A stretch of 32,000 nt of DNA, taken from assembly GCF_025643275.1 (NCBI RefSeq), contig NZ_CP089977.1, positions 570,001 through 602,000 on the forward strand, in the 5' to 3' direction. Source of the stretch: Moraxella nasicaprae. GTDB taxonomy: Bacteria; Pseudomonadota; Gammaproteobacteria; Pseudomonadales; Moraxellaceae. The notes beneath the pieces were generated by a model. It was not told the DNA's origin. It searched no databases and saw nothing but the letters and a program-made list of their open reading frames with translations. This document shows, piece by piece, positions 1 to 8,155 of this stretch; the first letter of the stretch is position 1, and every line of letters starts with the position of its first letter. The translations under genes and the position numbers were made by a program.

Positions 1-1795
1 TTATCTTGTGGCTAAGTGGGGCGATACTGATTACGCAGACTAAGATTGGACGAAAGTTTTGGCAGATTACCAAGCCTTGTCTAAGCCTTGCAAGTACTTT
101 TAAGACCTTGCTGATGGTTGGGCTGCTGGTGGCTTTTGTGCTGCTAGAAGTGCGTATCAGTGTACTCAATACCTTTTTTTATAAGGGATTGTATGATGCC
201 TTGCAAGAGATGGATTGGCAGGCTTTTTGGTTTTTTGCACTTATCAATGCTGGCATTGTTGCACTTAGAGTAATCCAAGAGATTGTGGACAGTTTTTTGG
301 GGCAGAAATTTGAAATTCATTGGCTAGAAAAACTAAACGCCCACCTCTTGACCCGCTGGCTTAGTAACCACAACTACTACCGCTTACAGAATGCCTTTAA
401 TAGCAATCTATCGGTTGGTAATGAACGCACACTTGATAACATAGACCAAAGGATAGAACAGGACGCGACCGCCTTTATTTCAGATACGGTAGCACTGGTC
501 AGAGGTATGATGAATTCGGTGCTGTCATCCATTGAATTCACACTGATTCTGTGGCAGCTGTCTGGGGTGCTGGTGCTGCTTGGGCTTAGTATTCCAAAAG
601 GGGTGGTGTTTTTGCTTTATGTCTTTATTCTTATCGCCACGGTGATGTCTATGTGGATTGGTAAGCCTTTGATTCGTCTGAATTTTAATAAAGAAAAAAA
701 CACGGCGACTATCGTTATGCACTCATTCAAGTTCGTAACCATAGCGAAAGCATTGCCTTTTATCAAGGCGAACAACAAGAAAAAATAACTTTAACGCAGC
801 GATTTTCGGCAATTATCAAGAACCGCTGGGCAATCATCAAACAATCCTTAATGCTTGATGGTTTTAACTCTGGCGTCACTCAGCTATCCAAACTGTTGCC
901 GATTATGCTGCAAGCGCCCCGTTTTTTTGCAGGCGAGATTAAGCTTGGTGATGTGCATCAGACGGTGCAGTCCTTTAATCGTTTGATGACTGCCTTGTCC
1001 TTTTTCCGCCTGTTTTATGAGCAGTTTACGCTGTATCAGGCAAGGATAAACCGCTTACAGAGCTTTTTGCAGGCGATAGATGAGCTGGATAACAAACAGC
1101 CCAACCACACGCAACCAAATAATCCAACAGATACGCCAGCACCGACCATCAGTGCTACCACCCCACAAGAGCAGTCGGCACAGCTTTGCTTAAACCAAGT
1201 AGGGCTAACCAAAGTAGAGGGCGGACTGCTGTTTTCCCCTGTCAGTGTCTCGCTTGGTCGTGGCGATAGGTTACTGATAATGGGTGAGTCAGGCATTGGC
1301 AAAAGTAGCCTACTCCGTGCGATTGCAGGCTTATATCCCTTGCCGATGGTGGGGGCGATTGACATTGCGATGGGTCTTAAGCTTTGGTTTGTGCCGCAGC
1401 GAAGTTATACGCCACAGGGGAGTTTGCGTGCGGTGGTTTGTTATCCTGTCTTGCAGGCAGATGATGACACGCTAATCAGGCTAATGTGCCTGTGTGGGCT
1501 GGATAATTTCGTCCACCGCCTTGATGAAGTGGCAGATTGGCAGCACATTCTATCCCCTGGTCAGATACATCGGATTGGCTTTGTGCGAATCTTATTGGTT
1601 GCCCCTGATGTGGTGTTCTTGGACGAGGCGACTTCTGCATTGGACGAGCAGAATGAACGCCGAATGTATGAGCTATTAAACTGCCATCTACCCCACGCCA
1701 TCATCGTGAGTGTGGGGCATGGAAGTACTTTGATTGACTATCATAACCGCCAGCTGTGTCTGGTCAGTGAGAACAAGTCGTTCTATCAGCCTTAG
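1..1795 (+). pseudogene. YddA-like ABC transporter (fused SbmA/BacA-type permease + ATPase). Frame broken by apparent 1-nt loss in an A7 run. The 5' end may lie left of the window.
   Basis: ORF 6..788 (TM-rich) and ORF 851..1795 (Walker A GESGIGKS, signature LSPGQ, Walker B VVFLDEATSALD) are one gene. The frame of the second ORF is open back to ~701. It reads KEKKHGDYRYALIQVRNHSESIAFYQGEQQEK (typical family linker) if the A-run 694-700 had 8 A instead of 7. Confidence 0.8.
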
Positions 1796-1818
1796 GCTTG
1801 TTAAGTTAAAAAATGCTT

Positions 1819-2549
1819 GGCTCTAGACCATCAAAATTTAAAAAAATCTCACTTAATCAAGCTCCATAAATGGCGTTGCAACTCATCAACATCTTTGTTC
1901 CAACGCCATTCACATTCTTTTAAGCGTAGGTCAAAGTTGGCAGCAACACCGTTAAATTTAGCAAGTCGTCTTTTGCTAAAACTCCAAAAGCTCTCAATGT
2001 CGTTAATATGACACTTGCCGTGAGCAAATTCATTGTTACCGTGATTTACTCTAAAATGCTTGTCATAACCCATATCAACAAGCCCATTATAACCACGAAA
2101 GCCTCAGAGTATATCACACTTTGAATATCAACTTCACCAAGTATCACAGCTTGTAAGGTTGCTTTGGTGCAGTCTGGTACAATTTTTAGTATAAACTTGC
2201 TTTGTCTCTTTCAAAGATACCAAAAACCGGTTGTTTTAATGTGCCACGACCTCTTTTGAGTTTACCGTGAAAGCCTTGTTGGTGCTTTGCTCTAAAATAG
2301 CTTTCATCCAGTTCAATTTCACCATATAATAAGCGTTTTGGTTGGTTTGATGCTCATAGATTTTTTGTCTAAAAATACCAAACCAATGATTGATTGTGTT
2401 GCAGTTTAATTCAAGCAAAAGTGCTGTTCTTGTTGCGTCTATGTCAATACAAAAGCATTTTATGATTTTCTTTTAGTTTATAGACACTTAACTTACTGTT
2501 ATATTTCATATTTCTGGTCTAGCATAGGTTGGGTTGCTAGTCTAGAGCC
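1819..2549 (-). mobile_element. Decayed IS1595-family (IS1016-like) insertion sequence, about 731 bp
   Basis: Perfect 10-bp terminal inverted repeats: GGCTCTAGAC at 1819-1828 and GTCTAGAGCC at 2540-2549. They enclose transposase fragments, and the size fits small IS1016-type elements. No clear target-site duplication seen. Confidence 0.75.
1849..2418 (-). pseudogene. IS1595/ISXO2-like DDE transposase, disrupted by several frameshifts/stops
   Basis: ORF 1849..2073 gives GYDKHFRVNHGNNEFAHGKCHINDIESFWSFSKRRLAKFNGV (conserved IS1595 C-terminus). Hand translation of 2074-2330 in other frames gives YGEIELDESYF...KRGRGTLKQPVFGIFERD and KIVPDCTKATLQAVILGEVDIQSVIYSEAF, so at least 3 frame breaks. Confidence 0.75.
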
Positions 2550-2592
2550 TATTTTAATATCAAGACAAATTATCGTTTTTGGAAGCCACACC

Positions 2593-3507
2593 ATGACTCA
2601 GATTCCCCACGCAGATGCACTGCTCATTGAACTACAAAAACTCACCCAAGCCGTTGAACGCCTTGCTAAATCGCAAGAAACTGATTTATCAGTTCTAGAC
2701 ACTGCTATTGCCTTTCGCTTTGAAAAAGATGGTACACAAGCGTATTTTATGCCTATCCACAAACCCAATTTGATTGATTTTGACAGCTTGTGCAATATTG
2801 ACAGCCAGCTTGACAAAGTACGCAAAAACACTGAAGCCTTTGCTCACGGCTTTTTAGCAAATAATGTGCTTTTGACAGGAGCAAGAGGGACAGGCAAATC
2901 GTCTATCGTTAAAGCCTGCCTAAAATCTTTTGCCCACTTAGGGTTACGCTTGATTGAGCTGGACAAAAAATACTTAGATGACCTCCCCAAAATCGTTACG
3001 ATGCTCCAAAACCGCACTGACAAATATCTGATTTTTTGTGATGATTTGGCATTTGAAGCAGGTGATGCCAGTTATGCCACCCTCAAAACGGTACTGGACG
3101 GCTCACTATCAGCAGGGGCGGACAACACCTTGATTTATGCCACTTCTAACCGTAAGCAGATGGTGGTAGAGTACAGCCGTGATAACAATGAATTGTACAC
3201 AGACAACAACGGCGAACTTCGCCACAGTGATACCATTGAACAAAAAACCTCTCTGGCTGACCGCTTTGGTCTGCACATTCATTTTTATGGGTTTAGCCAA
3301 GACGAATATCTAAACACGGTGCAGTTTTGGCTTGACCATTATGGCTGGCAAAAAAGCCAAGATTGGGAAAGCGTTCGCCTACTGGCTTTGCAATACGCCA
3401 CCCAACAAGGCAATCGCTCTGGACGCATTGCTAATCAATTTGCCAAAATGACGGTTGGTCAAGAACAATTACGCTTAAAAATAGGACAAAATAATGAACC
3501 TATCTGA
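2593..3507 (+). CDS. DUF815-family AAA-type ATP-binding protein
   Basis: 304 aa. P-loop LLTGARGTGKSS, Walker B-like LIFCDDLAFE and overall DUF815 layout. Confidence 0.75.
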   Translation: MTQIPHADALLIELQKLTQAVERLAKSQETDLSVLDTAIAFRFEKDGTQAYFMPIHKPNLIDFDSLCNIDSQLDKVRKNTEAFAHGFLANNVLLTGARGTGKSSIVKACLKSFAHLGLRLIELDKKYLDDLPKIVTMLQNRTDKYLIFCDDLAFEAGDASYATLKTVLDGSLSAGADNTLIYATSNRKQMVVEYSRDNNELYTDNNGELRHSDTIEQKTSLADRFGLHIHFYGFSQDEYLNTVQFWLDHYGWQKSQDWESVRLLALQYATQQGNRSGRIANQFAKMTVGQEQLRLKIGQNNEPI

Positions 3508-4015
3508 TATTGATGGCTTGATGCTCGATAAGGTGGATATGATTTTGGCTCAATGGCAACGCCAGCATGATGATTTACCTTTGCAAGCGATGGGCATTTT
3601 AGGACGATTAAAACGCTGTGTCTCCCTGTTGGACAATATGCTTTTGACACAATTTGATGCCTTTGACTTAAATTATGGCGAATTTGATGTTTTGGCAGCC
3701 CTAAGACGGTCAGGTGAGCCATACACACTCACGCCGACCCAGTTGTATTCTACTTTGATGATTAGCTCAGGTACCATCACTAACCGCCTAAAACATTTAC
3801 AAAATAAAGAGTTAATAAAGCGTCTGCCCAATCCTGATGATAACCGAAGTCTTCTGGTACAACTGACTGATGAGGGTAAGATATTGGTAGATAAAGTGTT
3901 TTTTGTGCATATTACAGGTGAAAAAGATTTGCTTGCTGATATGCCTGATGAGGTGTTACAGGGGCTGGATAAAGGATTAAGAGAGCTATTATCGCAATTA
4001 GAACGCCAAATTTAG
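3494..4015 (+). CDS. MarR-family transcriptional regulator
   Basis: 173 aa. Winged-helix region GEFDVLAALRRSG...LTPTQLYSTLMISSGTITNRLKHLQNKELIKRLPNPDDNRS. Overlaps the DUF815 gene by 14 nt (operon). Confidence 0.8.
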   Translation: MNLSDIDGLMLDKVDMILAQWQRQHDDLPLQAMGILGRLKRCVSLLDNMLLTQFDAFDLNYGEFDVLAALRRSGEPYTLTPTQLYSTLMISSGTITNRLKHLQNKELIKRLPNPDDNRSLLVQLTDEGKILVDKVFFVHITGEKDLLADMPDEVLQGLDKGLRELLSQLERQI

Positions 4016-4102
4016 AATACCCAATTTGGATAGGCTGGTTTTTTTAAACACAAAGAAAGCATCACTTGCTTATTTCACATAATCCAAGCGATGCTTACCA
4101 AG

Positions 4103-4208
4103 CTAATGCCCACCCATTTTAGACAGCGTATTCATCATTATCACCTCTGCCAAAATAAGCCCTATGCTCGCAATTCCCCAAAAATCCACCTTTTCGCCAA
4201 ACACCACC
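4103..4208 (-). pseudogene. 3'-terminal remnant (34 codons + stop) of a second SMR efflux gene
   Basis: 97/106 nt identical to 4899-5004 by hand alignment. Translates VVFGEKVDFWGIASIGLILAEVIMMNTLSKMGGH*, versus VVFGEKVDFWGMASIALILAGVIMMNTLSKMGGH* in the intact gene. Similarity decays just before the DUF924 stop codon. Confidence 0.85.
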
Positions 4209-4229
4209 TACCCCAAACAGCATTTATCA

Positions 4230-4784
4230 TCAAAACCCCGAATGGCTTTTTAAAAATTCCAGCTCATCAGGAGTGCTATCTCGTCCCAGTACGGCATTTC
4301 GGTGCGGATAGCGTCCAAAACGGTCAATAATGGCTTTGTGCTGCAATTCAAAATCAAGGGCTTTGGGATTGCCCAGTGCCTCAAACAACGCCACCGCCTT
4401 GTGATGAATGTCGGCACTTTCGCTGTGCATCAACGGCATCAGCATAAAATGACGCTCGCTTGGGTTTAGGCTGGCAAAATCAGGCTGGTTGATGGCTTCT
4501 TGGGCAAGCACCAAAGCGGTCAAATCATAAGCAAAAGCCTCTTTGCTTTGGCGGTGTAGGTTGCGTGAGAACTGGTCTAAAACGATGATTTCGGCAAGCC
4601 GCCCTTGCAAAGTCGTCCGCCAATGATACAGCTCGCCCTCTATTGCCTTTGTCCAAGTCTCATAAAATTGTTGAGAAATGGTGCGGTCAAAGTCATCATT
4701 TTGCACAAACCAAAAGGCTTGATTGTCCTGATGAAACCAAAAATCCAAAATGTCGTTTGGGGCAACAGCATAAGAGTGCGACAT
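4230..4784 (-). CDS. DUF924-family protein
   Basis: Motifs ILDFWF, VLDQFSRNLHR, LMPLMHSE and RFGRYPHRNAVLGRDSTPDELEFL. Start trimmed to MSHSYAV (ATG at 4784) because the longer ORF N-terminus has no family similarity. Confidence 0.85.
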   Translation of the reverse strand: MSHSYAVAPNDILDFWFHQDNQAFWFVQNDDFDRTISQQFYETWTKAIEGELYHWRTTLQGRLAEIIVLDQFSRNLHRQSKEAFAYDLTALVLAQEAINQPDFASLNPSERHFMLMPLMHSESADIHHKAVALFEALGNPKALDFELQHKAIIDRFGRYPHRNAVLGRDSTPDELEFLKSHSGF

Positions 4785-4860
4785 ACAAAACCTTACTAAC
4801 GGATTGATATTGTGAGGTATTATAACACGGCTGATGGTTTTGGTTTTTAAAAATTTAAGA

Positions 4861-4890
4861 AAAAAACCGCTTAAACATTCCTGCAAGCGG
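4861..4890 (-). terminator. Rho-independent terminator of the SMR gene
   Basis: Stem CCGCTT (4867-4872) / AAGCGG (4885-4890), followed on the minus strand by a T6 run (4861-4866). Confidence 0.7.
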
Positions 4891-4898
4891 TATTTATC

Positions 4899-5231
4899 CT
4901 AATGCCCGCCCATTTTAGACAGCGTATTCATCATAATCACCCCTGCCAAAATCAGAGCGATGCTTGCCATTCCCCAAAAATCCACCTTTTCGCCAAACAC
5001 CACCACGCCAACAATTGCCGTCAAAACAAGCCCGACACCAGACCAAATTGCATACGCCATTCCAAGCGGAATGGATTTTAAGGTCAAGGACAAACAATAA
5101 AACGCCAAAGCAAATCCCACCACCACACCGATTGACGGTAAGGGTTTGGTAAAGCCTTGTGAGAGTTTAATCATTGTTGAACCAAACACTTCACTACAAA
5201 TGGCAATCGCCAATAAAATAGACCAGTGCAT
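4899..5231 (-). CDS. SMR-family small multidrug/cation efflux protein (EmrE/Qac-like)
   Basis: 110 aa with 4 TM segments. Membrane-embedded Glu in TM1 (AICSEVFGSTMIKLS), WSGVG motif, AGGAG RBS upstream. Confidence 0.85.
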   Translation of the reverse strand: MHWSILLAIAICSEVFGSTMIKLSQGFTKPLPSIGVVVGFALAFYCLSLTLKSIPLGMAYAIWSGVGLVLTAIVGVVVFGEKVDFWGMASIALILAGVIMMNTLSKMGGH

Positions 5232-5261
5232 AAAATGCTCCTAAAATAAAAATAAATATCA

Positions 5262-5394
5262 GGTATTGTTAAATAAAGATAGATTTTAAGGTTTTCCGTT
5301 CGGACTGAGCTTGTCGAAGTCTAGGAAAACCGTTATGGTTCGACAAGCTCACCACGAACGGTTTTCTAGAAAAGTATACTCAATTAACAATACC
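5262..5394. repeat. 133-bp palindromic (MITE-like) element in the SMR upstream region
   Basis: 11-bp perfect terminal inverted repeats: GGTATTGTTAA at 5262-5272 and TTAACAATACC at 5384-5394. Inner 12-bp perfect IR: GAGCTTGTCGAA at 5307-5318 and TTCGACAAGCTC at 5339-5350. Flanking pair CCGTTCG 5296-5302 / CGAACGG 5355-5361. Competing pairings GGTTTTCC 5290-5297 / GGAAAACC 5324-5331 / GGTTTTC 5360-5366. Confidence 0.7.
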
Positions 5395-5420
5395 AAATAT
5401 CATACAGCGTTTTAAAAAAA

Positions 5421-6260
5421 TTAAACCGCCACTCTTTGCCCAATGTCTTTTAATTCAGAAAATTTCTCTACCAATCTTGGCATATCATCAAGACTCATTG
5501 CAAAGCCCCACAAATAAGTCATCACGGCATAAATATGCCCTGCTTGTACTGACTTTTTTGACAAGATAAATAAAGTCGCCCCAAATAATATCGCCAATGT
5601 TAATCCAATCATTAAATAAGAAAAGGCTTCACGATTGGAAATGGCAATACGAATTTTGGATAATACATCATAATGCTTGATTAAATGATGATGTTTATTT
5701 TGTTCAATCACATTGACTTCATTTTCAAGGCGGTTATTGAGTTTAAAATAAAGTTTATCATTTTGCCGACTATAATTTGGCAATATCAAAATAAACACAA
5801 ACAAAATAAATAGGGCAATCATTCCAGAATAAAATTCAAGCATTAACAGCATCACCACCGAACCAATAATATTAAATAAAGCCGTGATTAAAATCGGCAA
5901 ATGCTCCTCAAAAAATGCCACAAACTGCCGTGCCATCACAGCGTGGGCAGTGGCTGAGGTATTGCCTTTTTGTTTTTCACTAATAATGGCTTTACTCGCC
6001 AAATCAGCGTAAATTTTTACAAAGGCACGAGTATCCACTGCACGGCGTGCCGAACCCACAGACCATATCACAAAGACCATTAAGGCATACACCAAAGCGT
6101 GCCAAGTTTGCTGATTTAATACCGCATTGACCGCAAAACTGCCCACCAATGGATATAATAAAAACAACATATTTTCTAATGCCACTAAGCCAAAAGTTGC
6201 CGATAATTTTCTTTTATTGTTTAAGGCAATATTTTTTAGAGTATGAATTGCTGTATTCAT
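5421..6260 (-). CDS. ABC-exporter-type six-TM membrane domain protein lacking a nucleotide-binding domain
   Basis: 279 aa with a hydrophobic profile and spacing like an ABC exporter TMD. The stop at 5421 is followed by non-coding DNA, so there is no NBD. Its ATG at 6258-6260 abuts the MarR stop at 6261-6263. Confidence 0.5.
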   Translation of the reverse strand: MNTAIHTLKNIALNNKRKLSATFGLVALENMLFLLYPLVGSFAVNAVLNQQTWHALVYALMVFVIWSVGSARRAVDTRAFVKIYADLASKAIISEKQKGNTSATAHAVMARQFVAFFEEHLPILITALFNIIGSVVMLLMLEFYSGMIALFILFVFILILPNYSRQNDKLYFKLNNRLENEVNVIEQNKHHHLIKHYDVLSKIRIAISNREAFSYLMIGLTLAILFGATLFILSKKSVQAGHIYAVMTYLWGFAMSLDDMPRLVEKFSELKDIGQRVAV

Positions 6261-6698
6261 TTATTGTTCCAAATGATTTGCCATTAAGGTTTGCAAGTCT
6301 TGCATTTCTTTTAATAACAATAACATTCGCTCACCGCCAAATTCATCAATGATTTTTTGTTCAAGGTTTAACAGCGTTTCAATAATGGGTTTGGCAAAGG
6401 CTTTACCCTTATCGGTCAAGGATAGGATTTTTTCTCGTTTGTCATTTTGACTAATGATACTTGTGATTAAACCGTCTGCCTCAAAGCGTTTGCATAAAGT
6501 ATTAATGGTTTGTTTGGCAAGCACATATTCATCGGCAATTTGTTTTTGCGTGCGAAATTCATTGACCCAAAGGGCATAAAAAATCGCCAATTCATTATCG
6601 CTAATGCCATATTTTTTTGCAAAAATGGCATAACTTGCCACTATTTTGGTAGAAATATCGCCCAGTTGGTCTAGGGGATTTTTGGGGGTATTGCTCAT
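6261..6698 (-). CDS. MarR-family transcriptional regulator
   Basis: wHTH region TQKQIADEYVLAKQTINTLCKRFEADGLITSIISQNDKREKILSLTDKG. Start trimmed to MSNTPK (ATG at 6698, AGGAC RBS). Confidence 0.8.
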   Translation of the reverse strand: MSNTPKNPLDQLGDISTKIVASYAIFAKKYGISDNELAIFYALWVNEFRTQKQIADEYVLAKQTINTLCKRFEADGLITSIISQNDKREKILSLTDKGKAFAKPIIETLLNLEQKIIDEFGGERMLLLLKEMQDLQTLMANHLEQ

Positions 6699-6763
6699 AA
6701 AAATAGTCCTAAAATTCACTAATTGCATATTTTAGTCAATTTTAGGATGAATTGCAAGGTTTT

Positions 6764-6840
6764 TTCAGGCTAGTTGAAAGTTTATTTTGCAAAATTCCAA
6801 TCAAAAAACACCGCCTAATTTTTAAATTAAACGGTGTTTA
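6764..6840. repeat. Composite intergenic module, copy a (box + spacer + terminator hairpin)
   Basis: TTCAGGCTAGTTGAAAG TTTATTTTGCAAAAT ... AAAAAACACCGCCTAATTTTTAAATTAAACGGTGTTT. Lies directly 3' of the SnoaL-like gene. Confidence 0.75.
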
Positions 6841-6843
6841 AAA

Positions 6844-7284
6844 TCAGCCAATTACTCTGGTTTCACTAATCATAAAATTGGCAATGCGGTGTTTAATCAG
6901 CCACTTGCCATTTTCTTTGACATAGGTGTCATTGTAGCGAATGCTGTGGTCGTGCAGGATTTCTTTGCCGTCTTTGGTCTCAACCAATTTAACCGCACAA
7001 TAGTTAATCGCTGTGGCATTATTTTCATCAACAAAAGACACGCTGTGCTGTCCGTTGATATGATACACGGTGTGAAAACTTGCCAAAAAATCGCTAAATG
7101 TTTTTTCAATTTGGGCAACGCCTGCCATATCAAACACCAGTTTTCCACCAATAAAAGTTTGCACGATGGCATCAGGGGTAAACAATGACATTTGCTCGGC
7201 GACTTTTTTCTCGTCTGCTAAATTGGAAAAAGTATCTACCAAATCTTTTAAGGCTTGGCGTTCGGTGTGGATATTAAAATTCAT
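6844..7284 (-). CDS. SnoaL-like / NTF2-fold family protein
   Basis: About 146 aa with a pattern typical of NTF2-like SnoaL_4 proteins. Start placed at MNFNIH (ATG 7284) with a GGAG RBS 7 nt upstream. Confidence 0.55.
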   Translation of the reverse strand: MNFNIHTERQALKDLVDTFSNLADEKKVAEQMSLFTPDAIVQTFIGGKLVFDMAGVAQIEKTFSDFLASFHTVYHINGQHSVSFVDENNATAINYCAVKLVETKDGKEILHDHSIRYNDTYVKENGKWLIKHRIANFMISETRVIG

Positions 7285-7303
7285 TACTGGCTCCATTATT
7301 TAT

Positions 7304-8146
7304 TCACACATCAACCTTATAATTCATCAAAAACTTGGCGATTTCTGGGTTGCTGTGGTCAAAAATTAGCGATTTTCCTAAATCAAGCGTGGCGATTTTG
7401 GCATTGTCGTCCGCCGTGAGTTCAAAATCAAAAATAGCTAAATTTTCCTGCATTCTTTCAAGGCGACTGGATTTGACCAAAGCGACAATGTTTCTTTGCA
7501 CAAGCCAACGGCTGATAACTTGGGCGGGCGTTTTGCCGTATTTTTGGGCGATTTGTACCAGTACAGGATTGTTAAAAATGTCATTTTTCCCTTCGGCAAA
7601 ACTTGCCCACGCCTGCACTACTATGTCATTTGTTTGCAATTTTTCCACTTCATCAAACCGCTGATAAAACGGATTGACCTCAATCTGATTGACCATTGGC
7701 ATCACCTGATTGCCCGCTCCGAGTGCCACCGCAAACGCTGGCGTAAAATTGCTCACGCCAATGGCACGGATTTTGCCGTCATTGTACAGATGTTCCAAAT
7801 CCCGCCACGCAGAATAAGTATCGCCAAACGGCTGATGAAGTAGCACCAAGTCCAGATAATCAAGCCCCATACGGTCAAGCGAACGCAACACACTTGCCTT
7901 GCAATCGGTGTAATTGGAAATCCACACCTTAGTGGTAATGAAAAATTCATCTCGGGCAATTCCGCTGTTTTTTATCGCCAAGCCGACTTCACACTCGTTT
8001 TGATAACTTTGGGCGGTGTCAATATGGCGATAACCTGCTTGTATGGCTGTACTTACCAAATGCTCGGTATCTTGTGGGGCAATTTGAAAAGTGCCAAAGC
8101 CCAAAATTGGCATTTGTACGCTGTTGGATAAAGTGATGTTTTGCAT
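7304..8146 (-). CDS. Aldo/keto reductase (DkgA/YvgN-like, cytoplasmic)
   Basis: 280 aa. MPILGFGTF, GYRHIDTAQSYQNE, LDYLDLVLLHQP and IRAIGVSNF are classic AKR motifs. Confidence 0.85.
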   Translation of the reverse strand: MQNITLSNSVQMPILGFGTFQIAPQDTEHLVSTAIQAGYRHIDTAQSYQNECEVGLAIKNSGIARDEFFITTKVWISNYTDCKASVLRSLDRMGLDYLDLVLLHQPFGDTYSAWRDLEHLYNDGKIRAIGVSNFTPAFAVALGAGNQVMPMVNQIEVNPFYQRFDEVEKLQTNDIVVQAWASFAEGKNDIFNNPVLVQIAQKYGKTPAQVISRWLVQRNIVALVKSSRLERMQENLAIFDFELTADDNAKIATLDLGKSLIFDHSNPEIAKFLMNYKVDV

Positions 8147-8155
8147 AAATTACTC

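Noticed and set aside
4091-4330. 79-aa plus-strand ORF
   Set aside because: It covers the antisense of the SMR remnant and the DUF924 3' end, with no RBS or family signal.
5330-5350. tRNA-like T-arm (GGTTCGA) inside the palindromic element
   Set aside because: No acceptor, D or anticodon arms can be drawn. The motif is part of the 12-bp inverted repeat.
5232-5420. Guanidine riboswitch (ykkC, mini-ykkC or ykkC-III) upstream of the SMR pump
   Set aside because: SMR genes are typical guanidine riboswitch targets and two ACGG motifs are present. But neither sits in a tetraloop on a GC stem, and none of the conserved ykkC or ykkC-III blocks I remember is present. It is kept only as a generic structured element or MITE.
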